64,000 nucleotides of DNA from Cetorhinus maximus (taxonomy: Eukaryota). The position numbers were made by a program, and so were the translations under genes. The stretch lies in contig NC_135888.1 of the NCBI RefSeq assembly GCF_964194155.1, positions 99,882,001 to 99,946,000 on the forward strand, given 5' to 3'. The notes under the pieces are model-generated. The model ran no database searches. It saw only the letters and a list, made by a program, of their open reading frames with translations, and was not told the DNA's origin. Positions 53,526 to 64,000 of the stretch are shown piece after piece. Position 1 is the stretch's first letter, and each line of letters begins with the position of its first letter.

Positions 53526-54832
53526 GACATAGGGAGATAAAAGGAAAGGACAATTTTCTGTTGAATTTGTAGGACCTTGCTTTATGGAGTGCCAAGTGAA
53601 GATGTTGAGCCATTGTAAGTTAGCACCTGTGGGAGTGACAGTTGGCTAAGTGGATATTGTAACATTTAAGGTACAGAATGTACCAAGTTTTGATACATCA
53701 GGTACAGAGCACCTAGCAGAAGGGACTAACTCCTCTGCCTTTGTTGTTTTTAATTTAAATTTCATTTGTCATTGTGGGAGTGGCTTCAGTGCCACAGTGT
53801 AAGAACATCTTTAGTAAGGTTGAATATTTGGACATTACTTTTTGTGTGAAGCTTAGTTTCCATCTCAAAACAGAACTTTTATTATTAGCTATATTTGAAA
53901 GGTTAAATAACCCAGGTAGTTCTGTTTGCTTTTCTTAAACTTTTAAGAACAAAGATTTGACTTTAGTATGTGTGGGAATAACTGAGGCCTGCAATAGACC
54001 GTAGCTGAAATGTGGAAGGTCCTGGATGTTTTTGGGATGACTGCTTGTGCACAAACCCACAATTCCTGAACTTGAGATGCAGCTTGTCATGTAAGAAGCA
54101 GCAAGTTAGTGAGAAAGGAAAGTGGGTGATGATCCATTAGGGTACAAAGTGGCCAGAAGTGTAGGGATCACCTGGGAGTGTTGAATTGATAAACAAGTAT
54201 TCAGTACTGAACACCTGTGACAACTCAAGAGGAATGCGATCATGAACCAGTAGTTGCTAAAAGTAGGGCAGTAAGGTATAGAAATACAGTGGTAATAATG
54301 GATTCCATAGACAGGTGCTTTTGCAGACATGGCTGAGGGTTGAAAATATTTGGGTACAATTTTGCCTTTCCTAATGGGTGTTAAGTATGACCTGATTAAG
54401 AGACAGATTAAACAACAGGACCCCAAGGGTTTTTATCTCAGGATTACTCCCAATGCCATTTACTAGAAACATGGAAACTTGCAGCACAGAAGGAGGCCAT
54501 TCAGGCCATCATTTCTGTGCCTTTCATTATGTCTACCTTGCCTAATCCCACTTTTCATCTCTTGTTCTGTAGCCTTGTAAGTTATGGCACTTCAAGTGCA
54601 TATCCAAGTACTTTTTAAATGAGGGTTTCTGCCTCTCAAATCCTTTTCAGGCAAAGGGTTCCAGATCACCACCACTATCTGGGTGAAAAGGTTTCTCCTC
54701 AACACCCACTGCCCCTACCACCACAATCTTTCTATCAATTACTTTAAATCTATGTATCCATGGTAATTGAGCTCTCTGCCATGGGAAACAGGTCCTTTCT
54801 AATCACTTGACCTAGGCTCCCTCATAATTTTA

Positions 54833-57626
54833 TCATCTTAGGATCAAGGACAACTCTGGTTCAATGAGTTCTGAGATAGCCGATAAGTCCAATGCGTGAT
54901 CTGCAGACTCTGCCACATGCAGGGCAGTTGGTACTTGAAAGGTTGGGTAGATGGGTTGTTTGGAGGTTTGTGCTGTCTCTTTGCCTCAATTTCACCTCTG
55001 CACCTTCCCAACAAAATCTCTCTGCCTTTGGTGTCTTCCTGGATGAGCCTTCTCCATTATAGTAAGTCACAGGGGAGGGACTCCCATGAGTTGGCGGGGA
55101 TGTTTGCCCTCTTCAGGGATGCTTTGAGGACACCTCTAAAGCATTTCCACTGTCGTCCTATGAGTGTCCTGCCGTGACCAAGCTCCGAGTTGAGCAGTTG
55201 CTTCGGGAGTCTGTTTCCAGTGGGGTTCCATAGGGTTCAGTGCTGGGACCCTTGCTGTTTGTGGTGTACATAAATGATTTGGACTTAAACAGACCCTGAA
55301 AAGTACTGAAGATCAGAAGGATCTTTGTGTGCATATGCATAGATCCCTTAAGGTAGCAGGGCAGGTAGATAAGGTGGTAAGAAGGCATATGGGATACTTG
55401 CCTTTATTAGCTGAGGCCTAGAATACAAGAGCAGAGAGGTTATGCTGGAACTGTATAAAATGCTGGTTAGGCCACAACTGGAGTACTGCGTGCAGTTCTG
55501 GTCACCACATTATAGGAAGGATGTGATTGCACTGGAGAGGGTGCAGCATGCTAGCTGGACTGGAGGTTGTTTTCCTTGGCGCAATGAAGGTTGAGAAGGG
55601 ACCTGAGAGTGGTGTATAAGATTGAGGGGTGTGGATAGGAAGGCACTTTTTCCATTAGTAGAGGGGTCAATAACCAGGGGACATAGATTTAAGGTAAAAG
55701 GCTAAGAGGGGAGTTAAGGAGAATTTTTTTCACCCAGAGGGTGGTGGGAATCTGGAACTCACTGCCTGAAAGGGTGGTTGAGTCAGAAACACTCATAACA
55801 ATTAAGGCATATTTAGATATTCATTGCATTGCCATAGCCTCCAGGGCTATGGGCCAAGCGCTGGAAAATGGGATTAGTGTAGTAAGATCTTTGTTGACTG
55901 GTGTGGACATGATGGGCCAAATGGCCTCCTTCTGCGCTGTAGGCGTCTGAGTATATGTGTCAGGCATATGAACTGCATGTTACATTCAGCAGAACTGGTT
56001 TTGATTGATTTGTGTCTTGATGCTGGGCAATTTGACATGGGAGAGGACACTGCTGTGGACTGTCTTTCACGCCACCGGATTTGGAGGATCTTGCGAAGGC
56101 ATCACTGGTGGTACTACAGTGCTTTGAGGTTGTCCAAGTTTCTGAAGCATATAGGACCGCAGGGGTCATTGCCGCTCAGTAAACCATGATCTTAGTCTCA
56201 GGTTGGAGATCTGTTTTTCTTTCTTCGTACTCTTTTCTTAACCTGGCACATTGGAGGCAATGAGGAGTTTTGTTGTCTATGTTTGCCTTCATGGAAAGGA
56301 CGCTGTCAATATATAGAAAATGGTCCACATTTTTAGGATCTCGCCGTTGATCTTATTGGACTGAGGAAGGTATTGTGTTGTGGGAGGATGAATACATCAT
56401 CGTTCGAGCAGAAATTTCCGGATAACTGCACCATGACAGGTACTTACGACTGCTGGACCAATCACTGCCACATCTGATCCACCATCTCCAGCAGCCTGGA
56501 GACAACAGAAGCAATGGCGCAAGAAAATTAACATCGAAAGCTTTAAAGATTCCACCAAGGTGGCCCTTCTCAGTCAGCACCTCACTGCCAACCTCAACCT
56601 ACAAGCAGCTACGGTGTGCCCATAGTGCCTGGTGAAACCTGAAGTCCATCATAATGAGTACCTGAGAAGAGGTCCTTGGTCTCACTACCAGGAAACATTG
56701 TGACTGGTTTGACCAAAATGACAGGACCTAATTGAGTGTAAGCGCAAAGCTTTCATTGACTGGATACTTCACCACAACTAGAGAAAAGCAGCAGTCCCAC
56801 AGGTGACTGAAGGCAGTGGTACAGCATAAAACCCTCAACATAAAGAATGGTGGGTAGAAAGAGCACAGGAAATCCAACAAATCGCAGAGACCAATGTCAT
56901 GCGCAGTTTCTTCAGTGTGGTCAAAACAATCTATGGCTCAAGTGCTCAAAGGCACAGGCTGTTGAGATCCAAATCTGGAGCGGAGCTTATCTAGGATGGG
57001 GAAGCAGTCAGTGCTGACTGGAGAGAACGTTTTTGAAGAACTCATTCAAGACTGTGTTTGATTTGAACATCCTTAATGCCATTTCTCAATACCCTGTCCA
57101 GCTTTAGTCTCGGGCGCTACCCCAGTCTGAGTGAGGTTGCAAAAGCCATTCGATAGCTGAAAAGCAACAAAGTCTCTGGAGCAGATGGAATCCCTGCTGA
57201 AGTTCTGAAACACGGCAGAGATACACGCCTGACACAATTGCATTACCCCCTTTTCCCTCATCTGGGGAGAAGAGCGCATACCGGGGGATCTTGGGGACGC
57301 TGTGATCGTGACTATATTCAAGAATGGAGACAAGTCTTGTTGCAGTAACTACTGAGGAGTCTTCCTGCTGTCTGCCACAGGGAAGATCATTGCAAAAGTC
57401 CTCTTCAACCGCCTCCGCCTAGTGACCGAGGAACTTTTCCAGAGTTGCAGTGTGGTTTTTGCCCATTGAGAGGCACTACAGACATGTTCTTCACTGCATG
57501 GCAAATTCAAGAAAAATGCAACTACTGTACATGGCCTTTCTCGACCTTATGATAGCCTTTGACTCTGTCAACTGCAAAGGTTTACGGAGTAACCTCCTCA
57601 AATTTGGCTACCCTATGAAATTTGTC
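54833..57626. mobile_element. RTE-clade LINE with inverted 5' segment (3' part on - at 54833-56390; 5' part on + at 56400-57626)
   Basis: Minus strand: CPACGRVCRSRIGLIGYLRTH and VLYASETWT. Plus strand: GADGIPAEVLKHG, TGKIIAKVL and LYMAFLDLMIAFDSVN. Confidence 0.85.
55214..55950 (+). mobile_element. Younger CR1 LINE inserted inside the RTE
   Basis: agtggggttccatagggttcagtgctgggaccc, ctggagtactgcgtgcagttctggtcacc, and tail atgggccaaatggcctccttct. RTE sequence continues on both sides. Confidence 0.88.
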
Positions 57627-59295
57627 AATTTACACACCTCGATTAAATCTCTGATCATACTCCTTTGTTCCAAGGAAAACAAACTTGGCTTATCCAATCT
57701 TTCCTTCAGTCATAGCAACTTTCTTGTAAATCTCTTCTGTACCTTCTCAAATGTGATCACATACTTCCTGTATGTGATGACCAACAACTTCAAGCAGTAC
57801 TCCAGCTGCAGACTAACTTGGGTTTTTTGCAGTTCTAGCATAACTTTCCTGCTCTTAAATTCTAGACCTTGGGTAATAAAGGAAAGTATTGCATAAACCT
57901 TGACTGCCTTATCTACCTCCCCTGTTATCTTCAGGGATCTGTGAACATGCACACCATCTATTCTTTACAGTTCTCAGTACCCTGCCATTTATTCCTCCTG
58001 TCTTATTTGCCCTCTGCAAATGCATTACTTTACACTTGATGGATTAAATTTCATTTGCTACTTTTTTCTGCCAACTTAACCGGTCCTTTTGATATCTTCT
58101 GCTGTCAACACCCTCTTTCTTCACTAACAACGATGCAGCCATTTTTTGTTTTGGCTACAAATTTCTTAATCAAGCCCCTTACATTTAAATCTCAATCATT
58201 TTTGTATACCAGGAAAAGCATGGGAATTAATACTGAGCCCTGCCAGACCACGATTGAAACAGTGATCCAGTCACAAACCACCCATCGAGCATTACCCTTT
58301 GCTTCCTTGTCAACACAGGAATAGTAAGATTCTATAACACAGAAGAAACAATCACACATATTTTGCAATGGTGGATGTACATTTCTCCTACAAAATAAAC
58401 TGTGACAATCTGCAATACACTATACTACATAAGGGCAGTTGAATTAAAAACCATTCAGCTAATCCAACTTACTTTATTTAGGCCCATATTTGTACAGACT
58501 AATTTTGTCTTGTGTTTCAGTACTGGCTATCTTTTTCTGTAGAATCAATCCAATTTATTTTCTTCTTATACATTTGAATGCACAGACCCTGCACTAGGTG
58601 GCAGTCTATTCCATAAGCTAACCAGTATCAACTATTAAGTTATTGTAAGTTTTCTAGTTCGACAGAGGATTTCTACATCTCCCTGCTGCTGATTCCTTTC
58701 ATGACTTTAAAAACTTAGGTTATGTTTTTTACCCTTATCCTATTTAGTTTTTTACCCCTCCAATGAACCATGTTGAATTCATTGTGCCACTGATTTAATG
58801 TTACCATCATCTTGTTACTCTATGAAACTTTTCTTATGATTTTGTACTTTTTTTGTAAGTAAATTGGTTACAATGGACTAACTATGATCTCATCAATGCT
58901 TTTTGACATGTCTTCAAGGAAATTGTATTCTGTCAGATGCAAGCATAACATGTATTTGCTTTGGAGGCTGCATCTATATAGTATGCTGATATTTTCAATG
59001 TTAAGTCAGCTAGCGTATTCTGCCATTTCAATGAGTAAACTCTATCACTCTAACTATATTTAGCACTTTGCATTTTCAGCATTGGATAATTTTTGACATT
59101 TCTGCTCAATTAGTATGTATCTGTAGATCTTTCCTTGGAACACCTTGTGTGACGCTATCAATAAATTTAAACATTTTACTTGTAATATACTTTATCAAGA
59201 TCAGTAATACATATGAATAGAGGAATTTTGGAACTAATTTTTCAGAATTCTGCTGTCCAATTAAAATCATTGATTGAGAAGTACTCTTGCTTCCT

Positions 59296-60639
59296 ATTTA
59301 TACAATTAAGTGAAGGACCTTATCATGTTTTCATATTAAGGTAACTAATATCCAAGCTTATGCCTTTATCTACTGCATCTTAAATTTATTCCAGTCTTTC
59401 ATTACATGTTGAATTTGTAATGTGAGCCTTTTAATCAAACTCTTATCTTCTTCCTCTGTCAACTTTGGTGCTGAATCTTGATGCTCCCATTCTCCCAATT
59501 TGCCCAGATATAATGCATCTTACTGTAGGCTCTAAAAATGAATATGTCACAGAACCTATGCCAGTGATAAGCAAGGATGATAGCTTTTACATGCCTCTTT
59601 ATACATATGCAACTGTGTTTATTTTAAGCATAATGTGAGGCAAAAAAAGACTCCTTTTTAAACCCAAAATGAGAGTTTGTCACTTGTAATGAGTAATACT
59701 TGGCAGGACTGTAGTTGCTCCCTCTTCATTTATTTTAATTTGTTCATGGTATGTGGACGTCGCTGGCTAGGCCAGCATTAATTGCCCATCCATAATTGCC
59801 TTTGTTCAGAGGGTATTTAAGAATCAACCATATTGTGTTGTGGGTCTGGAGTCACATGTAGGCCAGATCATGTAACAGCAGCAGATTTCCTTCCCTAAAG
59901 GACATTAGTGAACCAGATGGGTTTTTACAACAATGGTTTCTTGGTCGTCATCATCAGATGACCAGATTTATACAATTAAGTGAAGGACCTTATCATGTTT
60001 TCATATTAAGGTAACTAATATCCAAGCTTATGCCTTTATCTACTGCATCTTAAATTTATTCCAGTCTTTCATTACATGTTGAATTTGTAATGTGAGCCTT
60101 TTAATCAAACTCTTATCTTCTTCCTCTGTCAACTTTGGTGCTGAATCTTGATGCTCCCATTCTCCCAATTTGCCCAGATATAATGCATCTTACTGTAGGC
60201 TCTAAAAATGAATATGTCACAGAACCTATGCCAGTGATAAGCAAGGATGATAGCTTTTACATGCCTCTTTATACATATGCAACTGTGTTTATTTTAAGCA
60301 TAATGTGAGGCAAAAAAAGACTCCTTTTTAAACCCAAAATGAGAGTTTGTCACTTGTAATGAGTAATACTTGGCAGGACTGTAGTTGCTCCCTCTTCATT
60401 TATTTTAATTTGTTCATGGTATGTGGACGTCGCTGGCTAGGCCAGCATTAATTGCCCATCCATAATTGCCTTTGTTCAGAGGGTATTTAAGAATCAACTA
60501 TATTGTGTTGTGGGTCTGGAGTCACATGTAGGCCAGATCATGTAACAGCAGCAGATTTCCTTCCCTAAAGGACATTAGTGAACCAGATGGGTTTTTACAA
60601 CAATGGTTTCTTGGTCGTCATCATCAGATGACCAGATTT
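59296..60639. repeat. 670-bp tandem duplication (59296-59965 and 59966-60635)
   Basis: The units match in register. The only difference I saw is 59829 c versus 60499 t. ATTT microhomology at the start, junction and end. Each unit includes part of a minus-strand SINE. Confidence 0.93.
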
Positions 60640-61499
60640 TTACTTAATTCAAATTTCACCATCTGCTGTGATGGGATTCAGGTCTCTGGAATACTAGTCC
60701 AGTGACAATACCACTAAGCCACTGCCTCCCCCTATCTTTAAATAAAAATGTAAAATAGAATAGTGAAATATGAATGCACTTGCCTTATTTTTAGTGTGTG
60801 TGTGTAAAGGAAAAGAGACAGAAGATTAATGGTAACAATGGGGGTGAAAAAGGAAGAATTCTTTTTGAAACGGTTCAATGCTATCACTATTTAAATAATA
60901 TGTTTTGTTATTCAAAAGCTCCATCCAGTTTGAAACAAATGATTATTTGCTTTACACTCCAACAGAATTCTGTTGTAGAGTGTAAACTTAGTACAATTAT
61001 GTTTTATATTCTAATTTTTTAACTCGAACTTTCCATTTAAGTTATTGGTGCAAGTTGTTATACACAAATATCTCTCCCTTCATTTCAATTGCATCACTGA
61101 CAATTCTTACCAGATTTGCAAATTTGAGAGTACAGGAATGTCGTAAGACCTGACTCCCATCTCATTGACCTTTCACAAACATAGATGAGTCATTTCATCC
61201 ATTGTCCTATACATGTGGTTTCCTTCCTACTCTTTCTCTTTGCACTAATTTTATCCTACAGGAATCATTATTCTCAACCTGCATTCTTTAAAATATTTAC
61301 CAAGTATTGAAGTTAACTGTTACTATTTTACTGTACATTGTTTCTTACTTTCTTACATTTTAAAATATATTTTAAAGGTAAGCAGACTAGATTCAAGTTC
61401 GGGTTAAAGTTCATTTTGGAGAAAAAGTTATCATGGTGCAAGCAGGAAAAAAGAGTGAGAAGATCAAATATTAGTAAGTTTGTTTTACAAGCAATGATG

Positions 61500-62050
61500 C
61501 AATATATATAGACGAGGGTGTAAGGACTGAATTATGGGGGAGATACCACGCCAACATGAGAGTGGGGAAGAAAGCCATTACTAGTCATGCTGTAGCTATG
61601 ATTGAATAGGTATGAGTGGAAACAAGTGAGGTTATTCCTGCTGAACTGGAAAAATGAGAAGTGTTGGAAGAGAATGGTGTGATTGACTGCGAAAGGCTGC
61701 AGAGAAGCTGGGGAGAAAGGAAAAATACTGCATGGTGACCATCACTAAGATGTCATTTGTGATCATTTATGCCTGTTTCAGTGCTGCGGTGGGGTGATTA
61801 TCTGGTTGGAGAGATTTAAACATGGAGTTGAGGGAAAGATAAGCATGGATTTCAGAAATAACATGTTCAAGGACTTCAGAGAGGAATAGGGAGATGGAGG
61901 TGTAGTGGGATCGAAAGAGGGCCTTTTGAAGAGTGTGAGATGGTGGCAATTTTGAAAAGGAGTGAGATGATTTCTGAGGAAAAGTTACAACAACATTTAG
62001 CATGGGAGCCAAGAAGAAAAGTTGGATGATTAGCAGTTTGAGGAATATTG
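61500..62050 (-). mobile_element. Decayed L2 LINE RT fragment
   Basis: ORF 61767-62057: YTSISLFLSEVLEHVI..IHAYLSLNSMFKSLQ..HPTAALKQA, resembling PISxLPFLSKxLE..QSGFR..HSTETAL. Confidence 0.7.
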
Positions 62051-62394
62051 AATGCAATAAATGTAAATAAATCTATCAGTAATATATAAAAATATTGTAT
62101 GTGTTACCTGTTGTCACATTTATTATACGTTTTCCATCAACTATCTATTATAATTTCCTACATCCATCCACATTTATTATGGAAAACAACCTATGTAAAC
62201 TCATAGTGACCATGCTATCTTACCCTTGGGTTCACAGTTATCTAAATATGCTATCTGCGAAATGCTTTCATCCACTTTTTTTTCCCTCAGTAGCTGAAAT
62301 TTTGAATACTTTTAATTACATAATACAGTTACATTACGTTTTGTGTCTTTGATGGCCTTCATTAGACGCTCAAATATTTTATTTTCTTTCAGAA

Positions 62395-63100
62395 GCCTGG
62401 GCTTAGAGTTAAGAGCCACAAAATTTGGCTTCATAGCATTGGTGGTTTCAGCCCTGTGGGAGCCAGTTGAGGTTAAAAAAAAATTGGTGGGGGGAAGGGG
62501 AGTCCGCTCCCGCCACTTCCAGTGTGACCTGTTTGCCATGTTGTAGAGGACAATAGCACAGGCATTGTGTGCACGCACTGCTAGTATGTAGAGTGAACAG
62601 ATTCCCATCAGTCAGCAAGTAACACTAATTTGACACCCAACCTGCCATTTTGGACCTCGCCACTCCAGTTAACACCCTCTCTCAAACATGCGGGACTGCC
62701 TCCATCAGTGCTATTTAAAGGCATCACCATCCAACTTGCAGGTGAGGTGCTTTTGACTATCTACTTGCTCTTGTTAAATTAGTGGAAGCACTGCATTGTT
62801 GGAGGAGTTGGGGAAAGTTGGTTAATTCAGAAGGGAGTAGTGCAGGACATTTGGAAGGAATTGTGTGCTTCTGAAAGGCTTCCAATTACACCACTTGCTC
62901 CCTGTCATTGGGGTTTTTGTTGCAGTTCCCCTTGAGCTGCAGTACAAGAGGGAGGTAGTGCACAGAGGCGAGGGAGGAGCAGGAGGGCTTTCAGCAGAAT
63001 GCCTTACCCACTTAGGCCTTCAAGGAGCACCACATAGCTACTAGTGTTCCCTCAGAGTGACACCTCAGCAATCCTAATAATCTGCTAGAGTAGAGCTTCC
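62395..63100 (+). mobile_element. Probable Harbinger 5' remnant
   Basis: gctatttaaagg..caacttgcaggt and ggagcaggagggctttcagcagaatgccttaccc resemble the reverse complement of 8100-8450. Confidence 0.4.
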
Positions 63101-63942
63101 TGGACTGCTGTGAGACTTGCAAGCCCCTTTAATCATTGGTATCTGCTGCCGCGATGGCAACAGTCTGAGTGTGCATGTCATCAAGCAGAGATTTCATGAT
63201 CTCTGCAGAGTTTTCACTGCAGTACTCAGATGTTATATGGCTTCTGCCTGTGGTGGAATAGAATCAGACATTGATCAGACACTGCGTCACGGTTGGGTTC
63301 ACAAGTTGTTCTCAAGGAGTCAGCCACCACTTTCATGCTAAAAAGGATGGGGTTCAAGCTCTGCAAAGAAGCCCTGTGCCAAGTTGGAACCAGATTTCTT
63401 CATGCTATTTGACAGTGACAACAGTTCTCTGGCATTCCTGCCAATGCAAGAAGCATTTCTGTGTGCATGCCCATCAGCCTTTTCCTGTATACTGCCTTAT
63501 CAAAGTCCTCATCTGAAACCTCTGCAGCAGAAATCATCTGTGACCGCACCCTCAGGTGAACTAGCAAATGTGCTGTTCTCTTCCCTCATATGGCTGCAGT
63601 CTGCTAGTGCCCGGTGACTCACTACATGCAGATCTTGACTTAAGATATCTGCAGCTCCAGTATCTGAGCTGGTGGCTGTTAGTGTTAGATCAAATGATGG
63701 TGTTTCTTTCTCAGATGTCTGCTCCTTCTAGGCCTTCAGTCTCAGGTAATATTGGCTGGTCAGGTGACAGTTCTTCTGTATTCAGATACCCAAGAGTAGG
63801 GTTGAAGAAGTGAGGGAAGCAGAGGTAGGGGGAAAGGAAGAGGTACATGGTTATATTGCCTGCACCTTGTACATCATAACAGATTGTTGGATGAGGATTA
63901 AATGAGATTTGAGAAGATGGAAACAACAGGAACATACCATCA

Positions 63943-64000
63943 CAAAAACAGAATTACCTGGAAAAACTCAGCAGGTCTGGCAGCATCGGCGGAGAAGAAA
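63943..64000 (-). mobile_element. Start of another Penelope pLTR end, cut by the window edge
   Basis: tacctggaaaaactcagcaggtctggcagcatc matches 28310-28342. Confidence 0.75.

Larger units (their letters stand above)
54465..58310 (-). mobile_element. CR1 LINE (54465-54832 plus 57627-58310) split by an RTE insertion
   Basis: The left part ends ctaggctccctcataatttta and the right part resumes aatttacacacctcgattaaatctc, continuing the CR1 sequence. ORF 57710-57952 gives LQLEYCLKL..EKVQKRFTR. Confidence 0.8.

Noticed and set aside
61262-61377. AG..GTAAGC-bounded segment as an exon
   Set aside because: Extremely AT-rich with no coding signature; such splice-like pairs are expected by chance.

Overview
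Eukaryotic, repeat-rich vertebrate DNA. The repeat families (CR1, L2, RTE, Penelope-like elements, PIF/Harbinger, Deu-domain SINEs) suggest a cartilaginous fish, which is an inference. The only intact host genes I can support are two intronless, same-strand hnRNP A/B-family genes, most like HNRNPA0, at 16709-17668 and 39226-40203. Each has a CCAAT/GC/TATA promoter and an AATAAA. By eye the two copies are identical over about 1007 bp (promoter, both RRMs and the RGG region). They differ in a short cassette of the low-complexity tail and have diverged 3'UTRs, which looks like an old duplication kept uniform by gene conversion. The rest is mostly decayed transposons. Notable ones are Penelope-derived hairpin insertions carrying minimal hammerhead-ribozyme-like motifs (one 915 bp with a 14-bp TSD), an RTE LINE with a 5' inversion nested in a CR1, and a near-perfect 670-bp tandem duplication. 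Most ORFs in the supplied track are transposon fragments or chance ORFs. Repeat boundaries are approximate and all comparisons were made by eye.
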